A stretch of DNA of 64,000 nucleotides from Octopus sinensis (lineage: Eukaryota), in contig NC_042998.1 of NCBI RefSeq assembly GCF_006345805.1, forward strand, positions 156,240,001 through 156,304,000, written 5' to 3'. Below, one piece after another: positions 52,731 to 64,000 of this stretch (positions are counted from its first letter, which is position 1; each line of letters opens with the position of its first letter). Below the pieces are notes generated by a model, which did not search any database, was not told the DNA's origin, and saw nothing but the letters and a program-made list of their open reading frames with translations. A program made the translations under genes and the position numbers.

Positions 52731-53454
52731 TACTTATAAGGGAATTTCGTTTCACTTTAAAGCATTTTTTAACTTTTCATTTTCGAAGTGCAACAGGGAT
52801 TTTTTACTCGAACACCATTTTGTCATGAAACTGTTATGACCATCAGGAGAATCCTTTCTGTCAAGACAGTTTTATCGACAGTGTCACGTCTCATGGAAAG
52901 ATAATATCTTGCGGACATTTTTTAAACATTTGATGATGATATGGATGAAGACCTCCACTTTAGTATGGCACAATCGATATTTTCAATCAGAAAATGGAGG
53001 TCTAAAAACATCTTTATCTCTCTTGCGCTTCAGACATTTACTAGTATCTTGTTAGTATCTTCCCAGTTTTGATGTCTAAGTTGCAAATGTCTCTTCAAAT
53101 ATCCAGTCAAGTATTCCAAGTGTTGGCACTAGTACAAGCACTGCAAAAACAGTGTATGGTAAGGTTTTATAGAATGCAGACAGCGACTGTGTATTCGTTT
53201 GGAATATATATATTGCCAGCAGAGGTGAGCTTCTATCATCTCTAGCAGATGAGGTGTCCAGTACTGAGGGGTGGCAGAAATAGCCCGAAACAAGGACTAG
53301 TAAGCTGATGCCGTCACTAGTAAATGGCAGGGGTTCGCTCCCCTGCTGGCAATTTTATCGGATGCAGCTGTACATCGTTAACCAGCTAGAGCAGATATCC
53401 TCTTATGGTTAAAAAATCCCGCTAGAGTCCGCTCGAACGGACAGTGATGTTAAA

Positions 53455-53468
53455 GTGGGTACAAATAT

Positions 53469-53561
<93 letters not shown>

Positions 53562-53567
53562 CATATA
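53455..53567. repeat. (TA)n microsatellite
   Basis: Direct inspection. Confidence 0.95.
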
Positions 53568-54778
53568 TAGGGTGCGTAATATATTTGAGGACAGATTTAT
53601 GTTTATGAAAAAAAAAAACAGATATATAGTAACAGATAATAATTTATTTATCAAAAAATGCTATGAGGATAAAAATAAAACTTTTCTATAATGTTATTCA
53701 ATAAAGCCGCCTTCAGCTTCAACAACTGCTTCTGTATGAGATCTAAATCGTCTACATACTCGAATCAGTTGGTCCTGGTTCATTTTAGACATTACTCTGA
53801 CTATGGCAGCTTTCAAAGAATCTTTGGTGTTATGGGCGTGTTCGTTGACCTCTCTCTCAACAACGCACCCGATGTAATAGTCTAATGGATTGAGATCTGG
53901 GAAATTAGGCCAAATTTTAGGGGTTATGTGATCATGAAAATTTTCAGCTATCCATTCCTGTTACTAGAGTGTGTGATAGTGCAGAGTCTTACTGAAACAT
54001 ATATGACCTTCCATTGACAGGGCTTGACAATTATTTCCAGGACCTCAATGTAGGCGGCAGAATTAAGTCTAAGGCCTTGTGGAAAGAAGTAAGGAGGCAT
54101 CACATGTCCTTTATTGCTGACAGCCCTTAAAACCATGACAGTTGCAGGAAATTTTGTATGCATAACACTTGGAACTTCAGAAGGGTCTGCACATAACCAT
54201 CTGTCATTTCTTCTGTTAACTGTTTGATCTTGATCGAAGGTTTTCTGTTGGATTTTTCAGTTTGTTTAAGAGCCTTTTAGATCTGATGGAGTAATTTTCT
54301 TTTGCTTTTTCTGACAAATTGACCTTACCTCATCATATAAGACATAACAGATGTCTTCGTGGACAACATTTCTGGCTGTTCCTTCTGAGACATGGAGCTC
54401 TTTTGCAATTGACCTCGTGGACTTTCAGAGATTGTAATCAATGGTCTGTCGAACTTGCTGGATAAATTCAGGTGTTCTGATGATTTCAGAGCTTTTAGAA
54501 TGCTTTTTTATGCTTTGATACTGGTGATACGTTTCCATCTTCGGTCTCTAGCTCGTTACAAACTTTGTAGACGAAAGATCTGGCAACTTTTAAAACTCAA
54601 GATATTTCTAAATTGCTATGCTCAGCCTTTATAACCACGATAACAGCATACCTCTTCATTTCTTGAGTAAGCTGAGTGTCTACCATTATAATTTTCTGAA
54701 ACAAAGATTATACAGATTTAGCAAAAAATGCAACAATGACCCAAGAAAGGTATGATCCCAAATACCTTACGCACTCTG
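53568..54778 (-). mobile_element. Full-length DD37D (maT/Bmmar1-like) transposon, inactive
   Basis: TA-flanked TIRs (tagggtgcgtaatatatttg and cagagtgcgtaaggtatttg); KFPATVMV...GHVMPPYFF...YIEVL and WPNFPDLNPLDY...EAEGGFIE*. Confidence 0.92.
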
Positions 54779-55419
54779 TACATATATATATAATGCGCAA
54801 AATCACCCATAGACACATGCACAAACATTTGTTTCAGTAACTATATATTTGCTTTTCATTTCTATGATACAATGTGTGCGTATATGTGTATGTGTGTGCG
54901 CGCACATACACACACACACACGCGCGCGCACACACACATTCAGAAGGTTATTGTTGTATCTATAGCAACAGACGTTAACTCTCAATAGATTGGTTCGTCA
55001 TCAAAGTCACAAGGTTTCTTTAGTAACGTATGTGTGAGTATTGGGAAGAGGCTCATGTAACAGTGAACGAACATCAGTCTACATATATATATATTTATAG
55101 ATTGTTATTGCTGCTTAGCTCCATGTCTACACTGATCGCGCAGACATATTATCAGTCATTCTATCCTTGAGTTTCTGGTTTTTTCCTCTGTACAAGGGAC
55201 CTAGGAGCACCTTGTACAATGTGCTCGAAATAGCCAAGGTAGATATGTGATTTGTAGGTTTTCTTATTTCTTCAGCAATATTTCAATCCCCTTTATTGTC
55301 TAGGAAGTTAACTGTGATGTCAGCTCCAGCATGACTGCAGCTGCATGGCTAAAACGAATAAAAGAGTAAAAGAGTAATATCCTCTGGAGAGCCGGCTGAT
55401 AAGTATTAACAAATTCGGT

Positions 55420-55812
55420 TCCAAGCCGGGCGAAATGCTTAGCGGTATTTCGTCTGCTGCTACGTTCTGAGTTCAAATTCCGCCGAGGTTGACTTTGCCT
55501 TTCATCCTTTCGGGGTCGATTAAATAAGTACTAGTTATGCACTGGGGTCGATATTTACAACAATCCGTTTGTCTGTCCTTAATCCGTTTGTCTGTCCTTG
55601 TTTGTTCCCTCTGTGTTTAGCCCCTTGTGGGCAGTAAAGAAATAAATATTCTTTTCTATTCTAGGCACAAGGCCCAAAATTTTGGGGGAGGGGGCCAGTC
55701 GATTAGATTGACCCCTGTACGCAACTGGTACTTAATTTTTCGACCCCAAAATGATGAAAAGCAAAGTCGACCTCGGCGGAATTTGAACTCAAAACATAAA
55801 GACAGACGAAGA
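55420..55812. mobile_element. Two SINE family B copies, tail-to-tail
   Basis: Plus copy ~55420-55648, minus copy ~55650-55812. Confidence 0.85.
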
Positions 55813-56574
55813 AGTAAGCATTCTTTACCTTGCAGCTTTTTTCAAAGGAAAATTACTTTTATACATGTACAACCACTCCATATTTATGAATTTCTATCTA
55901 AGACAGCGGTCATTCGAAACTCTATTTCACTTTTAAAAGGCATAAATACCAGCTGATTAAATTAAGTGAACAGAAAGTGACAACAAATATTTTGTCTCCG
56001 AATTCGAACCAAGTAACAAGCGGAAAATTAAGAGGCACGAAAAGAAAAGATCAATGAAAATAGCACAAAAATAACACCCACTTGTACATCAAATTAAATA
56101 TTTGAGCCTTTAAGTGTTAACCGTCGCTAAGACACAGCAGCATGGTTTGGATGATGATACAGCTCCACTGCACGTATCATTGGTCAGTTTCCTTTAACAT
56201 TGTATACACTCTGAAAAGAGTTTCGAAATCTAGATGAGCAATTCGAAAATGATATAACTTGAATGATGGCTTGAATTAATTTTCGTTCACAGGGGTACAG
56301 CAACACCGCTGTTATAGCACTCTTATCTATAACAGAGTGTTGACTAAAAATATATATTATGCGGTAAATAAAAAATAGTTTTGAAAACAGTGTTACCGCA
56401 ACAGTAACTTTTATCTACATACATACATACATACATACATACATACATAAACACATACACACATACACACATATGTATACGTATACATGTACATGTAAAT
56501 GTACTTGTGTGTACGTGCATTTACATATATATATATATTAAATGGAAAAATGCAAGCAAGAGAAATATTCTTAA

Positions 56575-56740
56575 ACTTATACACCTGGAAAAATACAGGA
56601 CAAGTTATTACACTTGGAAAAGTTCAGGACAACTTATTACATCTGGTAAAGTACAGAACAAGAAAGTTTTTGCTTAAAATATTGCAGCTAAGGATAAAAT
56701 TTCAAATAAAATATTTAGATTTAGAAAATATTTGCTTTTA
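56575..56740. repeat. Dispersed ~170-bp repeat (copy of 30490-30660)
   Basis: Direct similarity. Confidence 0.85.
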
Positions 56741-56769
56741 TTAAAATATGTCGATATTAGTGTCATCTT

Positions 56770-56972
56770 ACGGCGGCGATCTGCCAGAATCGTTAGTACG
56801 CCAGGCAAAATGCTTTGCGGCATTTTGTCTGTCTTTACGGTCCGAGTTCATATCTGCCGAGGTCATATTTTCGGGATCGATAAAATAAGTACCAGTAGAG
56901 CATTGGGGTCGATGTAATCGACTTACTCCCTTCTCCGAATTAGCTGGCCTTGTGTCAAAATTTGAAACCGGT
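56770..56972 (+). mobile_element. SINE family B
   Basis: cggcggcgatctgccagaatcgttagtacgccaggcaaaatgc head. Confidence 0.8.
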
Positions 56973-56974
56973 AT

Positions 56975-58690
56975 AAATGTCATCTGCGATGACATTTCCC
57001 AGTCTTTAAAACAAATCATAACTTACCATTTTATCTTCTCTTTTATGTCAACATAATTCACCACCGAGGCACTAGGTTCAATATCCACCTCCGGCCCCAG
57101 TGGATTCACGTCCGAAGGAAAAGTTTCCTTCAAAGCGCTATACTTTCCATCAACCATTAGAATACACCTCATACTCTTGTCGTAACCTTCTTCTAAGTTC
57201 ACTTTTACAATGTCTTTCAATTTTGAAATTCTCTTCTCTAACTTTTGGGTTATCCTATATTTCCCTAGAAAAACCTTACTTCTCTGTGTCTGTGTCTATG
57301 GCTGTGTTTTGTGACTGTGACTGTGTTTTCCTGTTTCTGTAATTCTACGTTATCCTGTGATTGTCTGTCTATGCTTCTCTGTGACTGTACGTCTGTGTGT
57401 TTGTGTGTTTGTGTGTCTGTGTGTTTGTGTGACTGTAAATCTGCGTGTTTCGTCTGTGTGTCTGTGTTTTTAGGTTTCTGTGATTCTGAGTTATCTTGTA
57501 TCTGTTTGCTTATATTTCTGAGTGTTTGCATGTCCGTTTGTTTGTGTGTCTGTGAATGTTTATGTACTTGCAAGTCGTTGCTTTTGCTCGGTAATGAATC
57601 CTTATCTGTTGCATTTTTCACAGTGATCCTACTGGCGAATTTTTCCTGCTTCTCGTTGTAGGTTGGATTACTTCTTGCATGGCTTTGTATTTTTTCTGTT
57701 CCTTTATCGTTGGTGAACTCCTCCTCTTTTTCGTGATTTCCCCTCCGCAAAATCACCATTTTCTTCTGTTATCTGATTCTGCTGTTTCTCCACCATTATA
57801 TTCTCCTGAATGTTCTCCTCTACTATTTCCACTGCTGCTCTTGGGCCTGTCTTTCTCAAATGCCCTCTTTGACCACATTCGTGACACTTTGGGGGCCTCC
57901 CCTCCAGCTTTTCTTCATTTGGTAGCTCTAAAGTTTCGGGTATTTCGTCATAATACTTCTGGCACAAATTACCTCTATTCCGTTGCCCCACCACCTCACT
58001 TGTTGAGTCCGGTTTATCATGCCCATCTTCATCTCTTCGCTGTTTCCCACTTTATCTCCGAAAAAAATCGCCGCTATTATCCACTCTGGTTCTATCCACG
58101 GTGGGATTCTTCCCACCCTAATTCTAACTATTCGTTTATCCAAACAGTTTGGCAGCAATGTCCATTTCTCCCCCTGTATCATCCTCTTGGAGGATTTTCC
58201 CGCTTCCTTGTCTGATACAAAGATAAACACTATAGACGCATATCTCTTTCCTCTCGTAAAGAAAGCTATGTTGTCTCCTATATGCCTTTCCATAGTTTCT
58301 TCTATTTCTTCCTGCGGCACGTTTTCAATTCTCTTGTTTTTATTTGAAAATGTTCTGAATATTACTGTCTTCTTTTCCATTTTCACTTTTTCCATCTCTG
58401 GCAGGGTCAGTTTTATATTTGACCCCTCCTTCTTTACCATATTACTATATTTCACTATTAGCTCTTTATTGCACTGCAATATCTCCTCTTTCAGCACTCT
58501 CGAGTCAATGGGTACTCGACCTCCAGTAGCTTCTGCATAACTTCTCATTTTTCACAATTATTCACAACCACCAAACAATGATGGTTTCACACAAAAAACC
58601 GCAGCAAATCAAAAACATGACCAATTTCTTTATTTCCTTCGAGGGGCACACATAGACAGGTCATGTAACAATTAAATTAAAATTATGAAA
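56975..58690 (-). mobile_element. ORF1-only retroelement D (RRM plus CCHC)
   Basis: ORF from 58548: MRSYAEA...RIRVGRIPP...; after a frameshift EGRPPKCHECGQRGH; long low-complexity C-terminus; no ORF2. Confidence 0.8.
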
Positions 58691-58699
58691 AATATGGAT

Positions 58700-60065
58700 G
58701 ATAAATGATAATGATATATGAATAATACGCCACCTATCCCACCTCAGCAGCATCATTTACATCCTTTTATATCTAATTAAAATTGATCCCATATTGTTCC
58801 TCCAGTTCATTTTCTATTTCGTTCGATACGTCCTTTATATTACACAGCACCTCTCTATATTCCATGCCCTTTTTACACTCTCTGATCATTCTCATTCTAC
58901 ATTCCAGCACCAATGCGCCCAAGATCATATTTTCTTTTTTAATTCCCTTCATGTTTACAACTTTCACATTCTTCCATTGCAGCAACTTATTCTTCACTTC
59001 CATTTTTACACACTTACGCACAGCACATGGGAGGGGCGTTTTGTGTATGATTGCTGCTCTTTTTTTTCTTTTTTGTGTCGGTGGGGAATAGGTGGGTTTG
59101 GTGTCTGCAGTGGGAGGGCGATGTTGAGAAGGTATGGGAGGGGGTACGGGTTGGGGTTCACTTAAACTGTCCTTTTCCCTCTTCTGTTTTCTCCCAGTAA
59201 CTTGCCATCCATCTTCTTCGTTTGCTTCTTCCATCCTTTCTGGTTCATTCTCTGCTTTCTCTTGGGTTTGCTTATTTTTCAGAGGGCAGTACGCTCTAAT
59301 GTGGCTCTTTTGGCCACATTTATAGCAACGAGGAATTATGCCCTCATCCTACACTTTCATTATTGTTTCCCGACTGTCACTGTTTCTGAAAGATTCTCTA
59401 AATTTTCTACATTACTTTGTATTATTATTTCCAGAATTTTACCATGCCAATTAATGGCTGCTGTTTCTATGGTTTGGAGTATGGCGATCTCTTTCTCGTT
59501 CCCTAGAAGCACAGCCTCCGCCACCCAAGCCACGTCTATTTCAGGGGGATTCCCTCCACCCTCACCTTAGAAGTCCTTCTTCCAAGATATGTGGGTAGAA
59601 GGATTACCCTTTCCGTTTTCATCGATTTTACAGAGTATTAGCTTCTTCTGGAAAGATACGCTGTCTTTCCAGATTGACCTCAAGATACGCTATGTCTTGC
59701 CAGATTGACCTTTTCAATCTCGTCTGTCGGTTCATTTACCAATTTTTCTCCTTGATAGAATAGACTTTATACACAATTCTTCTTTCTTCCATTTCCTTTA
59801 GTATTTCTTGTGGTGGTGATAATTTCACGCTACCACCTTCCTTTTTTAACATATTTTCAAAGTTTCTTTTTAAGTTTTTTTCTTTGACTCCTCTGTCACC
59901 TACTCAAAACTTCTCTCATTTATAACCCTGTCCATCTTCTTCACAGCTTCCACATGCTCCTCTTCAGACGACGACAGTTCTGAATATTCCATATCTGATT
60001 CATTTACGTCCGAATAAGACTCAGTCTTGCGAGAAGAAAAAGCAAAACCACGACCGTTCACGCCG
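58700..60065 (-). mobile_element. ORF1-only retroelement C
   Basis: LLPTYLG(R)RTSKVRVEGIPPEI...PRCYKCGQKSHIRAYC (59286-59327); ORF stops at 58773, followed by a short shared 3' tail. Confidence 0.82.
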
Positions 60066-61290
60066 ATAAATGATGGTGGAATAGCAGCATTGGACCCCAA
60101 CCTCAAGCATTACCATTTAACAGTTGAATTATACAAATCTTTCTTTCACTGTCTTTTTTTCTTTTGGCATCGTTTTTTCTCTATTTTCCCCTTTTTTTCT
60201 TGAAAAAATTCTATTTCTCTTTTTTTAAAATTTCTACTTACTTTACTCTTTTTAACAGTTCATATAGGGTTTCAAATCTTCAAACACCAGTTGAATTCGT
60301 CGAATTCAACTTCTACCCCACAACTGGTCTAGACTATTTCCGAACAGTTCTTTCAATTTCTCATATCTATCCTTGTCAATAATTATTCCCCTTGATTTTT
60401 CTGAATATTTCTCCGGTGGCAACCGATTTAAACTTCGTAATCTTCCGTTCGATTGCCTACTTTTGGCATATGTAACCACATGCCACTTGTCTTTTTCTGT
60501 TTTTAACATCCGTTTGATTCAGCGACGAGCCTGGGCTGTCCGCGCGAGTTGTTCCCCTTGGTTCCTCTCTTGTTTCACCTAAATAAGCTTCAATATCTTC
60601 TACATCAAGTACCCCTTTTGACCACATAAGAAACATGTTGGTGGTCTTCCTTCTACCACTACTCTCAGTCGGACGTCTTCTGGGAAAATGATCTCTGTAA
60701 TTTCATGCAAGTCTTTTAGGCTCACTTGTATGGCCATCTCGAGGCCATACCTCCACCAATTAACCTTTTTGGTTCTCGTAATCTTTAAGGTTTATTGCGT
60801 CTTCTTCTTTGCTAAACCTTACTTCCACTGTGCCGTATTTCTTTCTACGCGTATAAAATGTGGTAAGCCTCTTTATTTCCTTGAGGCACTCCTCTATTGT
60901 CTCTAATGGGGCAACCACTATCTTTTTAGAGGACGTACATAACGTTCTGTACACCACTGTCATTTGCGCCACATTCTTGCGGTGGAGTCAGCTTCAAACT
61001 GGCTCCTTCCCTTTCTATTAATTTACTTCCCTCCTTCCACTTTTTGGGTTTTACTTTAATTTCACATACTTCCAAGGCGCCGGCAGGTATTCCTTTACTC
61101 GTGGCTGATACGTAACTTCCAGTTCGTTCATTTTCCATATCTCTTCTTTCCTCTACTTCACCCATAATTGGGTAAGAAAACAAATACAATAACAGGCAAA
61201 ACAGCAACAGTAGTTCAAAATTTAACCAATTCAACAAATCCTAGGTTCAGCCACACGGGGAGACCTATAACAAACAAACGGTTTACTCCG
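60066..61290 (-). mobile_element. ORF1-only retroelement B (internally deleted relative of A)
   Basis: ATG at 61165; SYVSATS, TVVYRT, KYGTVEVRF, VVVEGRPPTCFLCGQKG; 5' motif ggtctccccgtgtgg; shared 3' tail. Confidence 0.85.
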
Positions 61291-61444
61291 GAATCACAAG
61301 TGATTTAACAAGAAGACGCGATTTCTCATCTCTTTTTCTTTATTTGGCACCCAGACCTTAACATAAAGGGGACAACACAAAGACAGGCAGAACACCACAG
61401 TGGGAACAAAAAACATAAAACGAATGAAAAACGAAAAAATGTAT

Positions 61445-63060
61445 AATGAAATCGATGATGATGAAATGGGTGCATTGAGCCCCACTCTCAAGCAGTACAA
61501 TTAAATCGTTCTTACACTGTCTATTTTTCTTTTTGTATAATTCTTTTACTTCTTTTTTTCTTTCAAAACTTTTTAAAAGTCTATTTTTCCATTTTTTTAA
61601 ATCACAAATTTTATTTCCTTGCTTTTTTAAACGTTCATTAGTGGCTTTAAATCTTCGAAATCTACGATTGGTGGTAGTTCGTGGAACTCAATTCCAACCC
61701 CCAACGGGTCTATGCTGCTTTCAAACAGTTCTTTTAATTTCTCAAATCTCTATCTATGATTATTCCTTTAGTCTTTTCCGAGTATTTTTCTGAAGGCATC
61801 CTTACTCTTATTATTGATTTATACTTTATAATCTTTTTCTCTATTGCTGTACTTTTGATATACGTGACTTGTATTTTTTCCTTTTCACCTCCGCTTGCTT
61901 GGCTCCGGACCTGGGTTGTCCGGGCGTGTAAAAAAAATCGTAAACGCTGCCTCCTTCCACATCTTGTTGTAATGTTGTTTCTGCCTCTGCGCCGTCTTCC
62001 ATTATCAATTCTGTTGGTGTCTCGCACCTGTTTCTCTTCTCCTCCATCTCAATCTGTTAACCTTTTTTGGCTCTCTGGAGGAGAGCTCACCCGTTCTTTC
62101 TCTTCCTCTTGTTCACGAGTGTGAAGGATTCCTCCAATCTATCCTTCTCTGTTACTGGTACTACCTCTTCGGTACTCTTTTCTTCACCTTTTTGCTTCTC
62201 CTCTTCGTTTTCCTTCTGAGGGCACCTTACTTTCATGTGCCCTTTTTTGCCGCACAGGAAGCATGTTGGCGGTCTTCCTTCAACTACTACTCGAAGTCTG
62301 GTGTCTTCTGGGATTATGATTTCCTCTGTGATGCCATGCAGGTCTTTTAAACTCACTTGTATGGCCATCCCGAGGCCATACCACCACCACCAATTGACCT
62401 TTTTGGTCCTCGTTATCATGAGGATTTTCACCTCATCCTCCATACCGTGCATTATGGCTGCCACTAGCCATGCTTCCTTAATTTCGGGGAGCACTCTGCC
62501 AATTCTTATCTGGCAACGCGTTTGCCACAGTACGTCGTCAGAAATACCCATTCCGGTGTCCTTATCGGCAGAGTGGAGTGGCTTATGGCATCTTCTTCGT
62601 TGCCAAACCTTACTTCCACTGTGCCGTACTTCCTTTCACGTGTATAAAAAGTGGTCAGCCTTTTAACATTTTCAAGGCACTTCTCTATTGCCTCTATCGG
62701 GGCAACACCTATCTTGTTCGAGGACGTGGACGATGTCCTGTATACTACCGTTCTATTTGCCACATTATTTTAAAATTCTTCTGGCTCCTTTCTATCCCAG
62801 CAATCTGCTTCCTTCCATTTCTTTGGCTCAATTTTTATTTCCCGTACTTGAAGGGTGTTGGCATTTATACCTTGGGTTGTTGCAGATGCGTAACTTTGTC
62901 CACGCTCCATCTCTCCTCCTTTCTCCACTTTTCCCAAATTCATATAACATGCAAATTAATATAACATACGAAAACAGCGACAGAAAATCCCAAAATATAA
63001 ATTTAACAAATCGTGGTACACCCACACGGGGAGACCTTCAACAAATATATAATAACAATG
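61445..63060 (-). mobile_element. ORF1-only retroelement A
   Basis: ATG at 62910; SYASATT...KYGTVEVRF...RIGRVLPEI...VVVEGRPPTCFLCGKKGHMKVRC (62222-62263); 5' motif ggtctccccgtgtgg; shared 3' tail; no ORF2. Confidence 0.85.
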
Positions 63061-63385
63061 TGTAACAATTCGAACTCACGTTTAAGAAACCACTACCAAC
63101 ACCCATCTGCGATTTTTCATCTCTCAATCAAACACACTGTTACTTAAACGAGTTTGGCTAGTCCATTCTCCCAGTGGGTGTCATGATTTTCCCCGTAACA
63201 TCTCCCCTTTTGAGATTTGACTTCTGTAGGACTTAGTAAAAGAGTACCTGATGCAGCATTCTCTGCGCAACTAAGGAAAGGGCGTTTTTAGGAAACCCAT
63301 ATAAAGCAATAATTTAGCAATAACAACACAAAATACAGCAAGGAGTAGTCTTGATTTATCTTTAGGACATATTATTCTAGTTCCC

Positions 63386-63770
63386 ACAGGCGCAGAGTAG
63401 CTGTATGGTAAAAAGTTTGTTTCCCAACCACATTGTTTGGGATCAATTCCGCTGTTTTGGGCAAATGTCTTCTATTTTAATCCATGGCCGACCAAAACCT
63501 TATAAATGGATTTGGTAGTCGCAAACCGAAATAAACTTGTCGTGTGTATGTGTGTATGCACTCACGCGCGTCTTTGAGTTTTTGTTTGTCCCCATCCACC
63601 ACTTGACAACCGGTGTTGGTTTGTTTACGTCCCCATAGAATCGCTTGAATAAGTACCAGATTTTTAAAAAAAGAGAAGTACTGGGCTCGATTTGTTCGAC
63701 TAAACAATTGAAGGTAGTGTCAATGTATGACCGCAATCCAATGACTAAAACGTGTAAAAGATAAAAGATA
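63386..63770 (+). mobile_element. SINE family A, decayed
   Basis: aggcgcagagtagctgtatggtaaaaag...ttgggcaaatgtcttc...aataagtacc. Confidence 0.8.
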
Positions 63771-64000
63771 GGCTGGTATTCTTCTTGCTGTATTTGATCT
63801 GTTAGAATAGTTTGTTGATATTGTGGCAGTGTAATTATTTGTTATGTCCGTAATATTTACTCTTTCCAAACCTATGTGAACTTCATTACCGATGCTATCG
63901 TTATTGCTGCTTGAATAGTTGTTATTTGCTAAAAAGGAAAACATAGCCAATGGATTTCAGGTTTCATCAGTGTCATCTTGAAAATCATATTCAGGATAAA

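Noticed and set aside
52990-53160. Minus-strand TGYLKRHLQLRH, BED-finger-like
   Set aside because: A single short motif without a supporting transposase sequence.
53250-53300. CUGAGGG...GCC C GAAAC hammerhead-like string
   Set aside because: A9 is substituted and stems I and III cannot be formed; kept only as part of a pLTR-like repeat.
63940-63975. Minus-strand CUGAUGA...GAAA
   Set aside because: No stem II and no pairing for stem I.

Overview
AT-rich, repeat-dominated eukaryotic DNA. The SINE repertoire and microsatellite load suggest a cephalopod, probably Octopus (inference). No intact protein-coding gene is recognisable; two minus-strand candidate exons are low confidence. Content: many tRNA-derived SINEs (three families), a near full-length mariner and a DD37D (maT) element, two hAT transposase fossils, Helitron/Helentron pieces, two R4/Dong-like LINE 3' ends, a decayed APE-type LINE, Penelope-like (PLE) fossils and many microsatellites. 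Three things stand out. (1) A head-to-tail, same-strand array of four divergent ORF1-only (RRM plus CCHC) retroelements at ~57-63 kb, with a shared 3' tail and no ORF2; a fifth partial copy lies at ~27.7 kb. (2) Several type I hammerhead ribozyme motifs from unrelated sequence families, mostly inside or next to ORF-less foldbacks. (3) An R4/Dong copy flanked on both sides by (CATA)n. All alignments, folds and identities were done by eye, and most boundaries are approximate.
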